Origin: Candidatus Hydrogenedentota bacterium
GTDB taxonomy: Bacteria; Hydrogenedentota; Hydrogenedentia; Hydrogenedentales; CAITNO01
DNA: 64,000 nucleotides
NCBI GenBank assembly: GCA_029776995.1
Contig: JAKOTZ010000030.1
Location: 4,355 to 68,354 of the forward strand
Direction of reading: 5' to 3'
How positions within the stretch are numbered: position 1 is the stretch's first letter; each line of letters starts with the position of its first letter. Shown one piece after another: positions 36,059-46,287 of the stretch. The position numbers and the translations under genes are program-made. Below the pieces are notes generated by a model. The model ran no database searches. It was not told where the DNA came from and saw nothing but the letters and a program-made list of their open reading frames with translations.

Positions 36059-38501
36059 GATTCTCTTCCTGTCGGGGCGCTTTTTTCCGTTTCCTTGCGG
36101 CGCCCTTTGTTTTGGAGCCGCCCTTTTTCGGCTTCCGCACACCCGGCAACGCGATATCGATCACCTGGTCCACCGTATCCACCAGATCAAACTGAATTTC
36201 CCTGAGCACCTCTTCGGGCAGGTCCGGGAAGTCCTTCTGGTTTTCCCGGGGCATAATGACCCGGGTAATGCCGGATCGGCGGGCCGCCAACACCTTTTCC
36301 TTTATTCCGCCCACGGGCAGGACCCGGCCGCGGAGCGTAATTTCGCCGGTCATGGAAAGGGCGGGCACGGGCGGCGTTCCGGTCAGGGCGGACAGCATGG
36401 AAATCAGGATCGCCACGCCGGCGGACGGGCCGTCTTTAGGCGTAGCCCCTTCCGGGACGTGCACATGGATGTCGTAATTTTTGTAGAAATCGGCCGGCAG
36501 GGGAAACTCGTCCGCGTGGGCCCGGATCCAGGTGAACGCGGCGGCCGCGGACTCTTTCATCACCTCTCCCAGCCTGCCTGTGAGCAAATGGGTTCCCTTG
36601 CCTTTCATCAGGCTGGTTTCGATGCGCAGCAGATCCCCGCCCGAAGCGCTCCATGCCATCCCCAGCGCGACGCCCGTTTCGCTTTCCTTTTCAATGGAGG
36701 TGGAAGGATAGGGGGGCGGTCCCAGCCATTCTTCGGCCAGCGCGGGAGAAATCTCCGGGTTTGTCGCGCCGTTGCCTTCCACGATATGCCGGGCGGTTTT
36801 CCGGCAAAGGGCGGCGATGGAGCGTTCCAGCTCGCGGACTCCGGCCTCCCGGGTATACCGCTGGATGATGTGGCGCAGCGTTTCTTCGGGCAGGATAAGT
36901 TGATCCGCCTGCAGGCCGTTTTCGCGCACCTGGCGGGGAATCAGGAATCCCCGGGCGATCTGGAGTTTTTCCTCGAGGGTATACCCCGGCAGTTCCACGA
37001 TTTCCATCCGGTCGTGCAGGGGTAGTGGAATGGCGTATTCGTCATTGGCCGTGGTGATGAAGAACACCTGGGAGAGGTCATATCCCACCTCCAGGTAGTG
37101 GTCGCTGAAATGGGCGTTTTGCGCGGGGTCCAGCACCTCGAGCAGCGCGGAAGAGGGATCCCCGCGGAAATCCATGCTCATTTTGTCCACTTCGTCGAGC
37201 ATGAACACCGGATTGACCACCTTGGCCTGTTTCATGCCCTGCAGGATGCGGCCGGGCAGCGCCCCCACATAGGTGCGGCGGTGCCCCCGAATCTCCGCCT
37301 CATCCCGCACGCCGCCCAGGGAAACCCGCACGAATTTGCGCCCCATGGCCCGGGCGATCGACTGGCCCAGGGACGTTTTCCCCACGCCGGGCGGGCCCAC
37401 CAGGCACAGAATCGGCCCTTTGGCGCCCCGGCTCAATTTGCGTACCGCAAGGTATTCCAGAATCCGCTCTTTGACCTTTTTCAGCCCGTAATGATCTTCG
37501 TCCAGAATCTGTTTCGCCCGGTCCAGGTCTATTGCTTCTTTCGTGCTTTCCCGCCACGGCAGGTCCAGGATCCAGTCAATGTATCCCCGGACCACGGAAG
37601 ATTCGGGGCTCATGAAAGGAATCCGCTGCAGCCGCGCCAACTCTTCTTCCACTTTTTCCCGGACTTCCCTGGGCAGTTTTTTCCGTTCAATCTTCTTTTT
37701 CAGGTCGTCTACGTCGCCGAATTCCTCATCCCGTTCGCCCAGCTCCTGCTGGATCACTTTCAGCTGTTCCTGCAGGTAGTGCATCCGCTGGCTGCGTTCG
37801 ATCTGTTCCCGGACCCGGCTGCGCACTTTCTGTTCGATCCGGGCCAGTTCGATTTCCCGCTCAAGCAGCAGGGCGATCTGTTCCAGGCGCCTGGACACGT
37901 CAATCGCTTCCAGCAGCGCCTGGCGCTCGTGGACCGCCACGAAAAGGAACGCGCATACGGTATCCGTAAACATGTCCGGATCCGTCATGTTCTGGATGGA
38001 CATGAAGATTTCCGGAGCCACCCGCTGGGTCAGGCGGACGTATTCCTCGAACTGATGGAGCACCGCCCGCATTTTTCCCTGCAGTTCCCGGTCCTCGGGA
38101 TAAAAGCTTTCAACAGGGGTTATCCGCCCCCGCAGTTCCGGCCGGTATCTCATGTCCTCCAGCGTGCCCCGCCCCAGCCCTTCGACTACAATTTTCATGT
38201 TGCCGTCCGGGAGCCGCAGTGCGTTGACAATCTTGGCAATCGTCCCCACCCGATACAGGTCGGACAGGGTGGGTTCTTCAACGTCCGGATTCTGCTGGGT
38301 CACCAGAAAGATGGGGGAGTTTTCCTCCAGGCTGACTTCCACGGATGCCAGTGAACGTTCCCTGCCGATGAAAAGCGGCACGACCATTCTTGGGAACACC
38401 ACGGCATCTTTCAGCGCGAGCATCGGCAGGGTAACCCGCCCCGATGTTTTTCCTGCCTGTCGGGGGGCTCTATCCCGTGGTTTTTTTTCCTCGCTGACCA
38501 T
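36048..38501 (-). CDS. lon: ATP-dependent protease La
   Basis: LON N-domain, DEDHYGL, GPPGVGKTS, DEVDKM, ALLEVLDP, PKDGPSAG, GGIKEKVLAA. Confidence 0.97.
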   Translation of the reverse strand: MVSEEKKPRDRAPRQAGKTSGRVTLPMLALKDAVVFPRMVVPLFIGRERSLASVEVSLEENSPIFLVTQQNPDVEEPTLSDLYRVGTIAKIVNALRLPDGNMKIVVEGLGRGTLEDMRYRPELRGRITPVESFYPEDRELQGKMRAVLHQFEEYVRLTQRVAPEIFMSIQNMTDPDMFTDTVCAFLFVAVHERQALLEAIDVSRRLEQIALLLEREIELARIEQKVRSRVREQIERSQRMHYLQEQLKVIQQELGERDEEFGDVDDLKKKIERKKLPREVREKVEEELARLQRIPFMSPESSVVRGYIDWILDLPWRESTKEAIDLDRAKQILDEDHYGLKKVKERILEYLAVRKLSRGAKGPILCLVGPPGVGKTSLGQSIARAMGRKFVRVSLGGVRDEAEIRGHRRTYVGALPGRILQGMKQAKVVNPVFMLDEVDKMSMDFRGDPSSALLEVLDPAQNAHFSDHYLEVGYDLSQVFFITTANDEYAIPLPLHDRMEIVELPGYTLEEKLQIARGFLIPRQVRENGLQADQLILPEETLRHIIQRYTREAGVRELERSIAALCRKTARHIVEGNGATNPEISPALAEEWLGPPPYPSTSIEKESETGVALGMAWSASGGDLLRIETSLMKGKGTHLLTGRLGEVMKESAAAAFTWIRAHADEFPLPADFYKNYDIHVHVPEGATPKDGPSAGVAILISMLSALTGTPPVPALSMTGEITLRGRVLPVGGIKEKVLAARRSGITRVIMPRENQKDFPDLPEEVLREIQFDLVDTVDQVIDIALPGVRKPKKGGSKTKGAARKRKKAPRQEENRAD

Positions 38502-38615
38502 ACTAACTCCTGTTAAGGTCTCAGTTTCGGGCTTTTATTGACAAATCCGGAGCCTGCAATTCTCCATCTGGCGCGCCCCGGGGGAAAATCGGTGGAACCA
38601 TCAAACCGGGCAGAT

Positions 38616-38624
38616 ATTATAACA
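38616..38624 (-). promoter_or_regulatory. Extended -10 promoter (TGT TATAAT) for lon
   Basis: The minus strand reads TGTTATAAT about 115 nt upstream of lon. Confidence 0.5.
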
Positions 38625-38658
38625 GGTATATGTCTCGTTTTTTGGTGCTTTGCCAAAA

Positions 38659-41328
38659 TTATTCCGGCTTAAAAGCCTTCAGCAGCCGCAGTTCAACGGG
38701 GCCGGCCAGGCCGGAGGGGACAACCGGCCAGGTCGAGGCGTCCAGCGGCTTGTAGTGTATGTCCACGATGTTGGCGTTGTCCATGATTTTCCAGGACGCG
38801 CCCTTGCGGTCCAGGTCCCGGATCGCGTTGGCTCCGGTACTGAACACCGTGATCTCCAGCGTGTGTTCCCCGGGGGCGGGCGGCGGGTCCAGCATTACGG
38901 CAAACGGCAGGCACCACGCGGCCGCGCGGTCCTCCCGGTCAATCCGTATCCGGGCGGCGTGGCGCACGTCTCCAAGGCTCAGCGCCAGCATCTGTCCCGG
39001 TTCGAGGTTTGGCACCTGAATCTGGGTCCGGTAGGTGGCGGCGCCCGAAAAACGCCGGCAGGCCGGGTCATCCAGATCTGTCCAGAAACAGAGTTCCGAA
39101 AGGGTCTGGTCGGCCGGAAGGGCATCCAACACCCCCGTTTCAAAATGCAGGGTCCAGGGTTCGGATCCGGCGGGCAGGGCGGATATGATTTCGTGGTATG
39201 GCCACGGATCCGGTTCCCCCTGGATAACCTGGTCCGGGAATGCCACGAAAATGGACTGTCCGGGGGACAGCTGCAGGTACACCTCTGCGGCATCATCCCC
39301 GGAACCTTTTCGCAGGGCGCCCCGGCCGATCTTTCCGCTTACGGGGTCCATCAGCACAGCCGCACCGCCGCCGCGGTTAAAGGAAACCCAGCCGGCCACT
39401 GGCCGATCCCGCAAACAGGCGAGGTAATACAGGGTCCCCCAGGACGCTTTTCGCCGGATCCAGGTCAGCCCGGTATCTCCCAGGGTTTCTGGCCGGCCGT
39501 CCCATGCCCGCAGCAGCGCTTTCATCGGCCCCAGCAGCAGGCTGCCGCTTCCCAGGTGGACCCGCCGAACTTTTTCTCCTTCCATGCCAGCCGCCCCCTT
39601 CTGATCCGATACCCGCCGCCGCTGCTGCTCCAGCTGCTGTTTTCGTTCTGTTAGATGCCCCAGTCCCGGCACGGTTTCCGGCAACTGCTCCATAAGTACA
39701 GCTGCACCCTGTTCAGTAAGGTCGAGGATACGCCCAAGGGTTTCCGGACGCATCCGGATGGTCCGGGGCACAACCAGCGCGCGCCAGCGGCCGCCGGGGA
39801 GCCGGATGGAACCGCCTTCCACGGACGCCGTTTCCAGGGCCAGGTCCGACAGGTAATCGACGCCGAATCCACGCAAGGTAAGCAGGCGCGCGGCCTCGCC
39901 AAACGGGGTATCCAGCGCCCAGGAGGGATCATGTACCGTGAACTGCGCCACGGGGCGGTCCGGCTTAAAATCGGTCAGCGCGTCGTCGAAGGGCCAGAAC
40001 AGCAGCAGGTCATTATCGGGCCGGGACTGCTGAAGCAGGGACTGCGCGCGGGCAATCCACCCAAACATGTCGACAAATGCGGGCCACAGCGGATTTCTGG
40101 GATTAAACTGCTCCGCCGCGTAAAAATACCATCCGGGCCAGGGCGCTTCCCGCGGAGAGAAACACCAGCCGTGGAATACCACGTGATTGATCCCCGCGCA
40201 GAACAGTTCGTCCAGGAAAGGTTTTATGTCTCCCGGGGAAGCGTGCCAGTGGTTCCGGATCCAGGTGCAGGTCTCGCATGAGACCAGTCTCTTGTTTCCC
40301 GCGTGCGCGGCTGACGCGGCGAAACGCCAGATCAGCGGCTCCGGAGTGTCCTCCCGGCGCGCCGGGTCGGCCTGGCGATCCCGGTATCCCGGGATAGGGT
40401 AGTCCCGGGCGCCAAAAGTTTCCATTTCGGGGATATCGGAGGCGCCGTACAGGTCCAACAGGTTTGCGGGCGCGCCGTGGGCCTGTTCCCGGGCCAGAAA
40501 CCCCATCTCCGCGCACCAGTCCCTCCACGCGCGGACATAAGCCAGGTGCTGTTCCGCCAGAAAAAGCCGGTAGTCGTACCGGGCGCGTTCCTGCTGCTCT
40601 TTTTCCTGCGGACCGGGATCAAAGATCAGCCTAGCGGCCTCTTCCAGCGGATACCCGAACCGCTGCTCAAACCGCGCCGGCAGCGCCGGCGTCCAGGAGG
40701 CCTCGTAATACTCAAACGAATCGTGCGTCTGGCAGCGGATCCGTCCCCGGGGAATTTCGGCCAGCCGGTCCGTGAAATATTGCAGATAACGGGCCAGCGC
40801 CTCCGGATCAAACGGATCGAGTACGGGACCTTCCCCGCCTGGCGCGGCCCGCTTCACCTGCTGGCCGGTGGGGAGAAAGCCACATCTCCCGCCGGCCCAG
40901 ATGATTTTTTTGGCGGTGTCTTCGGGTTTGACCCAAGGACCGCCGAACGGCCAGCCGGTGCCGGTGCACATGTCGAAACCCATGCCCCGGGATGCGGCCG
41001 CTTCCGTGGCGGCCTTCAGCGTTTCCAGGTAAGGCGCGGACAAGAAGGGCCGAAAAGGCCGCAGTCCGTCCCGGGACCCGTAAATCGGGGTCAATTCCAC
41101 GCCGCCCAGTCCCGCGGCGGCCATCATTTCCATCTCCCCGCGGGCGTCCTCAGTGGTGGGGGCATTTCCCGGCCACCACCATCTCATCCAGGGTTTTGCC
41201 GTGCTGTCGGCTTCCGGCCATGCCGCCGTAAACTCAGGGAGCGGATCCGAAACGGCATTCAGGCAGCCAACCGACGCGCAAAGCGCCAGCACAAGTATGG
41301 CCAGGTCCGATTTTACGCGCATGGGCAT
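38659..41328 (-). CDS. Exported glycoside hydrolase, GH106 alpha-L-rhamnosidase-like
   Basis: Signal peptide; KPWMRWWWPGN, GLGGVELTPIYG, HDSFEY, AGINHVVFHG, WCLPF, SGLAGPV. Confidence 0.82.
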   Translation of the reverse strand: MPMRVKSDLAILVLALCASVGCLNAVSDPLPEFTAAWPEADSTAKPWMRWWWPGNAPTTEDARGEMEMMAAAGLGGVELTPIYGSRDGLRPFRPFLSAPYLETLKAATEAAASRGMGFDMCTGTGWPFGGPWVKPEDTAKKIIWAGGRCGFLPTGQQVKRAAPGGEGPVLDPFDPEALARYLQYFTDRLAEIPRGRIRCQTHDSFEYYEASWTPALPARFEQRFGYPLEEAARLIFDPGPQEKEQQERARYDYRLFLAEQHLAYVRAWRDWCAEMGFLAREQAHGAPANLLDLYGASDIPEMETFGARDYPIPGYRDRQADPARREDTPEPLIWRFAASAAHAGNKRLVSCETCTWIRNHWHASPGDIKPFLDELFCAGINHVVFHGWCFSPREAPWPGWYFYAAEQFNPRNPLWPAFVDMFGWIARAQSLLQQSRPDNDLLLFWPFDDALTDFKPDRPVAQFTVHDPSWALDTPFGEAARLLTLRGFGVDYLSDLALETASVEGGSIRLPGGRWRALVVPRTIRMRPETLGRILDLTEQGAAVLMEQLPETVPGLGHLTERKQQLEQQRRRVSDQKGAAGMEGEKVRRVHLGSGSLLLGPMKALLRAWDGRPETLGDTGLTWIRRKASWGTLYYLACLRDRPVAGWVSFNRGGGAAVLMDPVSGKIGRGALRKGSGDDAAEVYLQLSPGQSIFVAFPDQVIQGEPDPWPYHEIISALPAGSEPWTLHFETGVLDALPADQTLSELCFWTDLDDPACRRFSGAATYRTQIQVPNLEPGQMLALSLGDVRHAARIRIDREDRAAAWCLPFAVMLDPPPAPGEHTLEITVFSTGANAIRDLDRKGASWKIMDNANIVDIHYKPLDASTWPVVPSGLAGPVELRLLKAFKPE

Positions 41329-41360
41329 TCTCCGGAAATGTATAGGCGTACGCGCCTTCT

Positions 41361-41378
41361 GAACATGGTATCATGTTC
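41361..41378. promoter_or_regulatory. Perfect inverted repeat GAACATG-N4-CATGTTC overlapping a TGG-TATCAT -10
   Basis: Seen directly in the divergent GH106/mtaB intergenic region. Confidence 0.45.
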
Positions 41379-41478
41379 GTGGTCTGGGGACAGGCAGGAA
41401 CCGGGCGGCACGATCTGAAAATGCCGGTTCCGCGGGGGCGGGCATACGGCGGTTCAGTGCGGAACACGGCCACGGATC

Positions 41479-42858
41479 ATGAAAAAACGCGTCTCTATAC
41501 ATACGTTGGGCTGCAGGCTGAATCACGCGGAAAGCGCCCTGCTGGCGGACCAGCTGCGGGAAGCCGGCTACGAAGTGGTGCCGTGGGGCGAATCCGCGGA
41601 CATCGGGGTCGTGCATACCTGTACCGTAACCCGTGAAGCGGACGCGAAATCCCGGCAGATGATCCGGAAGTTCCTGCGGAAAAATTCCGGATCCGCTGTA
41701 GCCGCCCTGGGTTGCTACGCCCAGCGGTCCGCGGACGCGCTCCGCCGGATCGAAGGCGTGCGGCTGATCCTGGGCAATGCCGATAAAATGGATCTGGCCC
41801 GCCATCTGTCCAATCTTGAAAATGTTGCCGGAGGTGAGCCTGTAACGTTCCAGTCCACGCCAAAACGGGAGGTTTTCCGGCTGCCGTGGACAGACAGCGG
41901 GGATCCGGTAGACCGCCGCGCGGACCTCAAGGTGCAGGACGGCTGTGACGCCATGTGCGCCTTTTGCGTCATTCCCTTCGCGCGGGGCCGCTCCCGGTCG
42001 CGCTCGGCCGGTGACGCGGCGGCTGAAGCAGCCAGCCTGGCCCGGCGCGGAGCCCGGGAACTGGTGCTGACGGGCGTCAATCTCGGGGAATACCATGACG
42101 GCGAAATGGATTTGGCCGGCCTGCTCGATCTGCTGGCCCGGCGCGCGCCAGAAGCCCGGCTGCGGATCAGCTCCATCGAACCCACCACCGTTACGCGCGC
42201 CCTGATCGAACGCATGGCAGACCCGAACCATCCGCTGGTCCCGTTTCTCCATATACCCCTGCAGTCCGGTTCGGACCGGGTGCTGGCCGCCATGAAACGG
42301 GGCCACAGCGCGGCCCTGTTTCTGGAGCTGCTCCGCGCGGCTTCGGAAAAGCTCCCTTTGGCCGGTTTCGGCACCGACATCATGGCCGGATTTCCCGGAG
42401 AGACCGACGAAGACTTTGAGGAGACGCTGGCCCTGCTCGAAGCTTCCCCCGTGGATTACGCCCACGTGTTTCCCTATTCGGAACGGAACGGCACCGCCGC
42501 TTCCCGGATGGCGGTTGAACCGGTGCCTCCGGAGACGGTGGCGCGGCGGGTGGATATTCTGCTGGACTTTTCCCGGAAACGCCGCCGGCGGTTCATGGAG
42601 CGCATGGCCGGCGCGGAATGCTGCGTGTTATTTGAAACCCTGGAATCCGGGCACTGGGTCGGATACGCGGAAAATTACCTCAGGGTCGCCGTTCCGGACA
42701 CCGGACAGAACCTTCGCAACCGGTTCGGGCGGGTCCGTGTTCAACGTCCCGGCAGCGAATGGGCGCTTGGAATGTTGCTGGAAGTGACGGAAACCTGGAA
42801 TAAACCGATCCTGTCTGCCTATACCGTTCCTGAAGGCATAACAAGGAATAATGCATGA
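41479..42858 (+). CDS. mtaB: tRNA t6A methylthiotransferase MtaB (radical SAM)
   Basis: TLGCRLN, HTCTVT, LKVQDGCDAMCAFCVIP, RISSIEP, HIPLQSG, DIMAGFPGET, C-terminal TRAM domain. Confidence 0.9.
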   Translation: MKKRVSIHTLGCRLNHAESALLADQLREAGYEVVPWGESADIGVVHTCTVTREADAKSRQMIRKFLRKNSGSAVAALGCYAQRSADALRRIEGVRLILGNADKMDLARHLSNLENVAGGEPVTFQSTPKREVFRLPWTDSGDPVDRRADLKVQDGCDAMCAFCVIPFARGRSRSRSAGDAAAEAASLARRGARELVLTGVNLGEYHDGEMDLAGLLDLLARRAPEARLRISSIEPTTVTRALIERMADPNHPLVPFLHIPLQSGSDRVLAAMKRGHSAALFLELLRAASEKLPLAGFGTDIMAGFPGETDEDFEETLALLEASPVDYAHVFPYSERNGTAASRMAVEPVPPETVARRVDILLDFSRKRRRRFMERMAGAECCVLFETLESGHWVGYAENYLRVAVPDTGQNLRNRFGRVRVQRPGSEWALGMLLEVTETWNKPILSAYTVPEGITRNNA

Positions 42859-43688
42859 ACACCGCGGCGCCACATTACCCGGATCCCACGCCGGAACAGC
42901 TCCTGAAAGAATCGCGGCTCGTGGAACTGTTACGGGAAATGGAGTCGGTTGCGGTGGCCTGGTCCGGGGGGACGGACTCTACCTACCTGCTGGATGTTGC
43001 CCGGGAAACCTTGAAGGATAACTGTCTGGCTGTACTGGCGGATTCGCCCAGCCTGCCCCGGGATGAGTTGCGGGAGGCCCTGGATATGGCCCGCGTTCGG
43101 GGGTGGACGGTGGAGGTGGTCCAGACCCGCGAATTCGATAACGAAGCATTCCGGAAAAACGACGGGACCCGATGCTATTACTGCAAGCAGGAGCTTTTCG
43201 GGACCATGGAGGGGATCGTCCGGAAACGGGGCATCCGGTGGATCGCCTACGGCGAACTGGCGGACGACGCGCTCGACCCCACCCGCGTCGGGTCCAGAGC
43301 GGCCCGGGAACGGGGGGTCCGCGCGCCTTTGGCGGAAGCGGGAATCACGAAGGAAGACGTGCGCGCCCTCAGTCGGGTGCGCGGGCTCAACACCTGGGAC
43401 AAGCCTTCATTTGCCTGCCTGGCGTCACGGGTCCCGCGGAACACGCCGGTAGACCCGGAAACCATGCGGCGCGTGGAGGCCGCCGAAGCCTGCCTGCGCG
43501 CCCAGGGATTCCGCCAGTACCGGGCAAGGCACCATGGAGACCTGTGCCGCATCGAGCTGGAACCGGAGGATCTCCCCCGCCTGCTGGATCCGGCCGTACG
43601 GACCGCGGTGCTTGCCGGCATTGCCGCGGCCGGGTACCGCTACGTGACCGTGGACCTGGCCGGTTACCGCACCGGGAGCACCGCCTAG
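42855..43688 (+). CDS. larE: LarE-family ATP-dependent sulfur transferase (PP-loop, TIGR00268-like)
   Basis: WSGGTDST, RCYYCK, KPSFACLASRV, YRARHHGDLCRIE, GYRTGS; ATGA overlap with mtaB. Confidence 0.88.
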   Translation: MNTAAPHYPDPTPEQLLKESRLVELLREMESVAVAWSGGTDSTYLLDVARETLKDNCLAVLADSPSLPRDELREALDMARVRGWTVEVVQTREFDNEAFRKNDGTRCYYCKQELFGTMEGIVRKRGIRWIAYGELADDALDPTRVGSRAARERGVRAPLAEAGITKEDVRALSRVRGLNTWDKPSFACLASRVPRNTPVDPETMRRVEAAEACLRAQGFRQYRARHHGDLCRIELEPEDLPRLLDPAVRTAVLAGIAAAGYRYVTVDLAGYRTGSTA

Positions 43689-43761
43689 GCAATGGATTGT
43701 CGTTCTCTTTGAGCACTGCGCGTATCAGGACAGGCTCTTCCGCTATCGATGAAGGACCTGG

Positions 43762-46287
43762 TCAAAAGGCATCCTGCGGATCAACGTCCACGCGAAGCTG
43801 AATCGGGCTCTCGGCGGACGAACCGGCAGGAGGGGAGGCATTCCAGGAATCGACCAGGTGGCGGACAAGCCGGTTCAGGGTCGATGCCGGCAGACCAAGC
43901 ACCGCCAGGGTCCACCGAAACCGGTTTTTTACTTTCCGGATCACCGCGGGGCTGGGGCCGATAACCCGCAGGGGGGCTCTCCGTTCCTGAATCCAGGCCC
44001 GGGCCAGGTTGCGCAGCCGCAGCGCTTCCCGCTGCACGAGCGGTTCAACAGGGCCGTCCAACACCAGCCGGGCCATCCGGACTGCCGGGGGAAATCCGGC
44101 CCGCTGGCGCCGCGCGAATTCCTCTTCGAAAAAACCGGGATAATCGTGCGCGGCTGCCCGGGTGATGGCAAAGTGTGTCGGCCGGGCCGTCTGGATCAGG
44201 ACTTCACCGGGCCGGTTGCCCCGTCCGGCGCGTCCAGCCACCTGGCAGAGCAGCTGGAAGGTGTTTTCGGCGGCGCGGAAGTCTGGGATGGCCAGGCCGT
44301 TATCGGCATTGATGACGCCTACCAGGGTGATACCGGGATAATCGTGTCCCTTGGCCAGCATTTGGGTGCCGATCAGGATATCGATCTGGCCGGAGGCAAA
44401 CCGGCTCAGGATCCGTGCATGCCCGCCTTTCCCTGAAGTGGTATCCGCGTCCATGCGTTCGATCCGCGCGCCGGGAAATACCCGCGCGAGATAATCCTCC
44501 AGGCGCTGGGTGCCCAGTCCGATATAAAGCACCGGACTGAAGCCGCACTGGCCGCAGTTGGAAGGAACAGGTTTTTCTTCGCCGCAGTAGTGGCATTTGA
44601 GGCGGGAATCCGCGCTGTGATACGTCATACTGACCTGGCACTGTCCGCATTCGGCGATCCAGCCGCACTGGGGGCACAGCACGTAAGGGGCAAAACCGCG
44701 CCGATTCAGCAGGAGGATAACCTGTTCCTTCCGATTCAACCGGTCCCGGACCGCATCCTCCAGCTCGCGGGACAGCATCAGCATGCCCGGAAGTTCCCGC
44801 ATTTCTTCGCGGGTGTCAATCACGCGGACTTCAGGCAGGGAAGCGCCGGTGGCCCGACGGTTCAGTTCGAGCAGGACGTATTTCCCGGATCGCGCGTTGG
44901 CCATGGATTCCAGCGACGGCGTGGCGGAGCCGAGCACGCACACCGCGTTTTCCTGGCGCGCCCGCATAACCGCCACATCGCGCGCGTGGTACCTGGGGAT
45001 GTCGCCCTGCTTGTAGGAATTGTCGTGTTCTTCGTCTACCACGATAACCCCCAGCGGCCGGACCGGCGCGAATACGGCCGAACGCGCGCCGACCACAATC
45101 CGAACCTGGCCCCGGCGAACCCGCCGCCACTCGTCGAAACGCTCCCCGTCGCTGAGGCCGCTGTGCAGCACGGCGATCTGTCCGGGGAACCGCGCGTAAA
45201 ACCGGGCGGCGGTCTGAGGGGTCAGGGAAATCTCAGGCACCAGAATAATCGCGCCCAGGCCCCGTTCCAGGGCATGTTCAATCACCTGCAGATAAACTTC
45301 CGTCTTTCCGGATCCGGTGATGCCCCGCAGCAGAAACACCTGAAACCGCTGCCGTTCCATCGCCTCGGCTATCACGTGTCGGGCGGCTTCCTGCTCTTCG
45401 TTCAGGGTCAACCGCGTGGTGACGGACATGTTCTCCGCGGTTTTTGGGACGCGGTACACCTCGCGCTGTTCCAGACGGATCCATCCTTTTTTTTCCAGCG
45501 CCCGCAGGGTGGCCAGGTCGGTTTCATGCCGCGCGGCCAGTTCCGCCGCGGGCTGTTCCGGATCGCGCTGGGACAGGTCCAGCAGCACCGCGGCCTGACG
45601 CGGCGCGCGCCGCTGCAATTTAATGATGGTTTCCGGATCCGGCAGGTCGTGGGGGACCAGTACGGCCCACAGGCGGCGCAGTATGGAGGATTGGCCGTCC
45701 CGTATCTGGATTTCCCGGGTGATCAGCCCCTTGCGGCACAGCGCCAGCAGGGTATTGCTCAGGGCTCTGCCGCCCGCGGCTCCGGCCAGTTGCGCGGCGG
45801 TCTGGGGGCCTTTCTGCTGCAGCAGAGCCACAATCTTCGCCTGCCGCTCCGTAAGGTGCCCAGGCGCGGCGGCATGCTCGACCAATCGGTAAACCATGGA
45901 CGCGCTGTGCCGGAGCACCGCAGGGAGGGCCGTCTGCAGGGCCTCCCCCCAGGAACAGCAGTAATAATCAGCTATCCAGCGGCACAACTGCAGCATCGGC
46001 GGATCAAACACTGGCTCTTCATCCGGCAGATCCAGCAGAGGTATGGTGTAGGGAGCCTCCGTTTCACGGGCAAGGTCCACCACGAACCCGGTCAGTACCC
46101 GGGAATTCAGCGTCGCCGCCGCGCGCATGCCGATACGGATCCGGTTCCGCAGGGCAATAGGAACCTCGTATGTGAACGGGCGGTCCAGCGGCAGCGGAAA
46201 AACAACCTGGGCATACAGCGGGGCGGCATCCGCCGCGGATGCCGGGGAATCAAACAGGAATTGCTCGGTATCCCGAATGTCAGCCAT
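43762..46287 (-). CDS. priA: Primosomal protein N'
   Basis: PLPLDRPFTY, GITGSGKTEVY, DEEH, GSATPSLE, CPQC/CGQC/CHYC/CGQC zinc motifs, QVAGRAGRG. Confidence 0.96.
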   Translation of the reverse strand: MADIRDTEQFLFDSPASAADAAPLYAQVVFPLPLDRPFTYEVPIALRNRIRIGMRAAATLNSRVLTGFVVDLARETEAPYTIPLLDLPDEEPVFDPPMLQLCRWIADYYCCSWGEALQTALPAVLRHSASMVYRLVEHAAAPGHLTERQAKIVALLQQKGPQTAAQLAGAAGGRALSNTLLALCRKGLITREIQIRDGQSSILRRLWAVLVPHDLPDPETIIKLQRRAPRQAAVLLDLSQRDPEQPAAELAARHETDLATLRALEKKGWIRLEQREVYRVPKTAENMSVTTRLTLNEEQEAARHVIAEAMERQRFQVFLLRGITGSGKTEVYLQVIEHALERGLGAIILVPEISLTPQTAARFYARFPGQIAVLHSGLSDGERFDEWRRVRRGQVRIVVGARSAVFAPVRPLGVIVVDEEHDNSYKQGDIPRYHARDVAVMRARQENAVCVLGSATPSLESMANARSGKYVLLELNRRATGASLPEVRVIDTREEMRELPGMLMLSRELEDAVRDRLNRKEQVILLLNRRGFAPYVLCPQCGWIAECGQCQVSMTYHSADSRLKCHYCGEEKPVPSNCGQCGFSPVLYIGLGTQRLEDYLARVFPGARIERMDADTTSGKGGHARILSRFASGQIDILIGTQMLAKGHDYPGITLVGVINADNGLAIPDFRAAENTFQLLCQVAGRAGRGNRPGEVLIQTARPTHFAITRAAAHDYPGFFEEEFARRQRAGFPPAVRMARLVLDGPVEPLVQREALRLRNLARAWIQERRAPLRVIGPSPAVIRKVKNRFRWTLAVLGLPASTLNRLVRHLVDSWNASPPAGSSAESPIQLRVDVDPQDAF

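Noticed and set aside
41361-41378. LexA (SOS) box interpretation of GAAC...GTTC
   Set aside because: The spacing is N10 rather than the Gram-positive N4, and the flanking genes are not SOS genes. It is kept only as an unknown operator.
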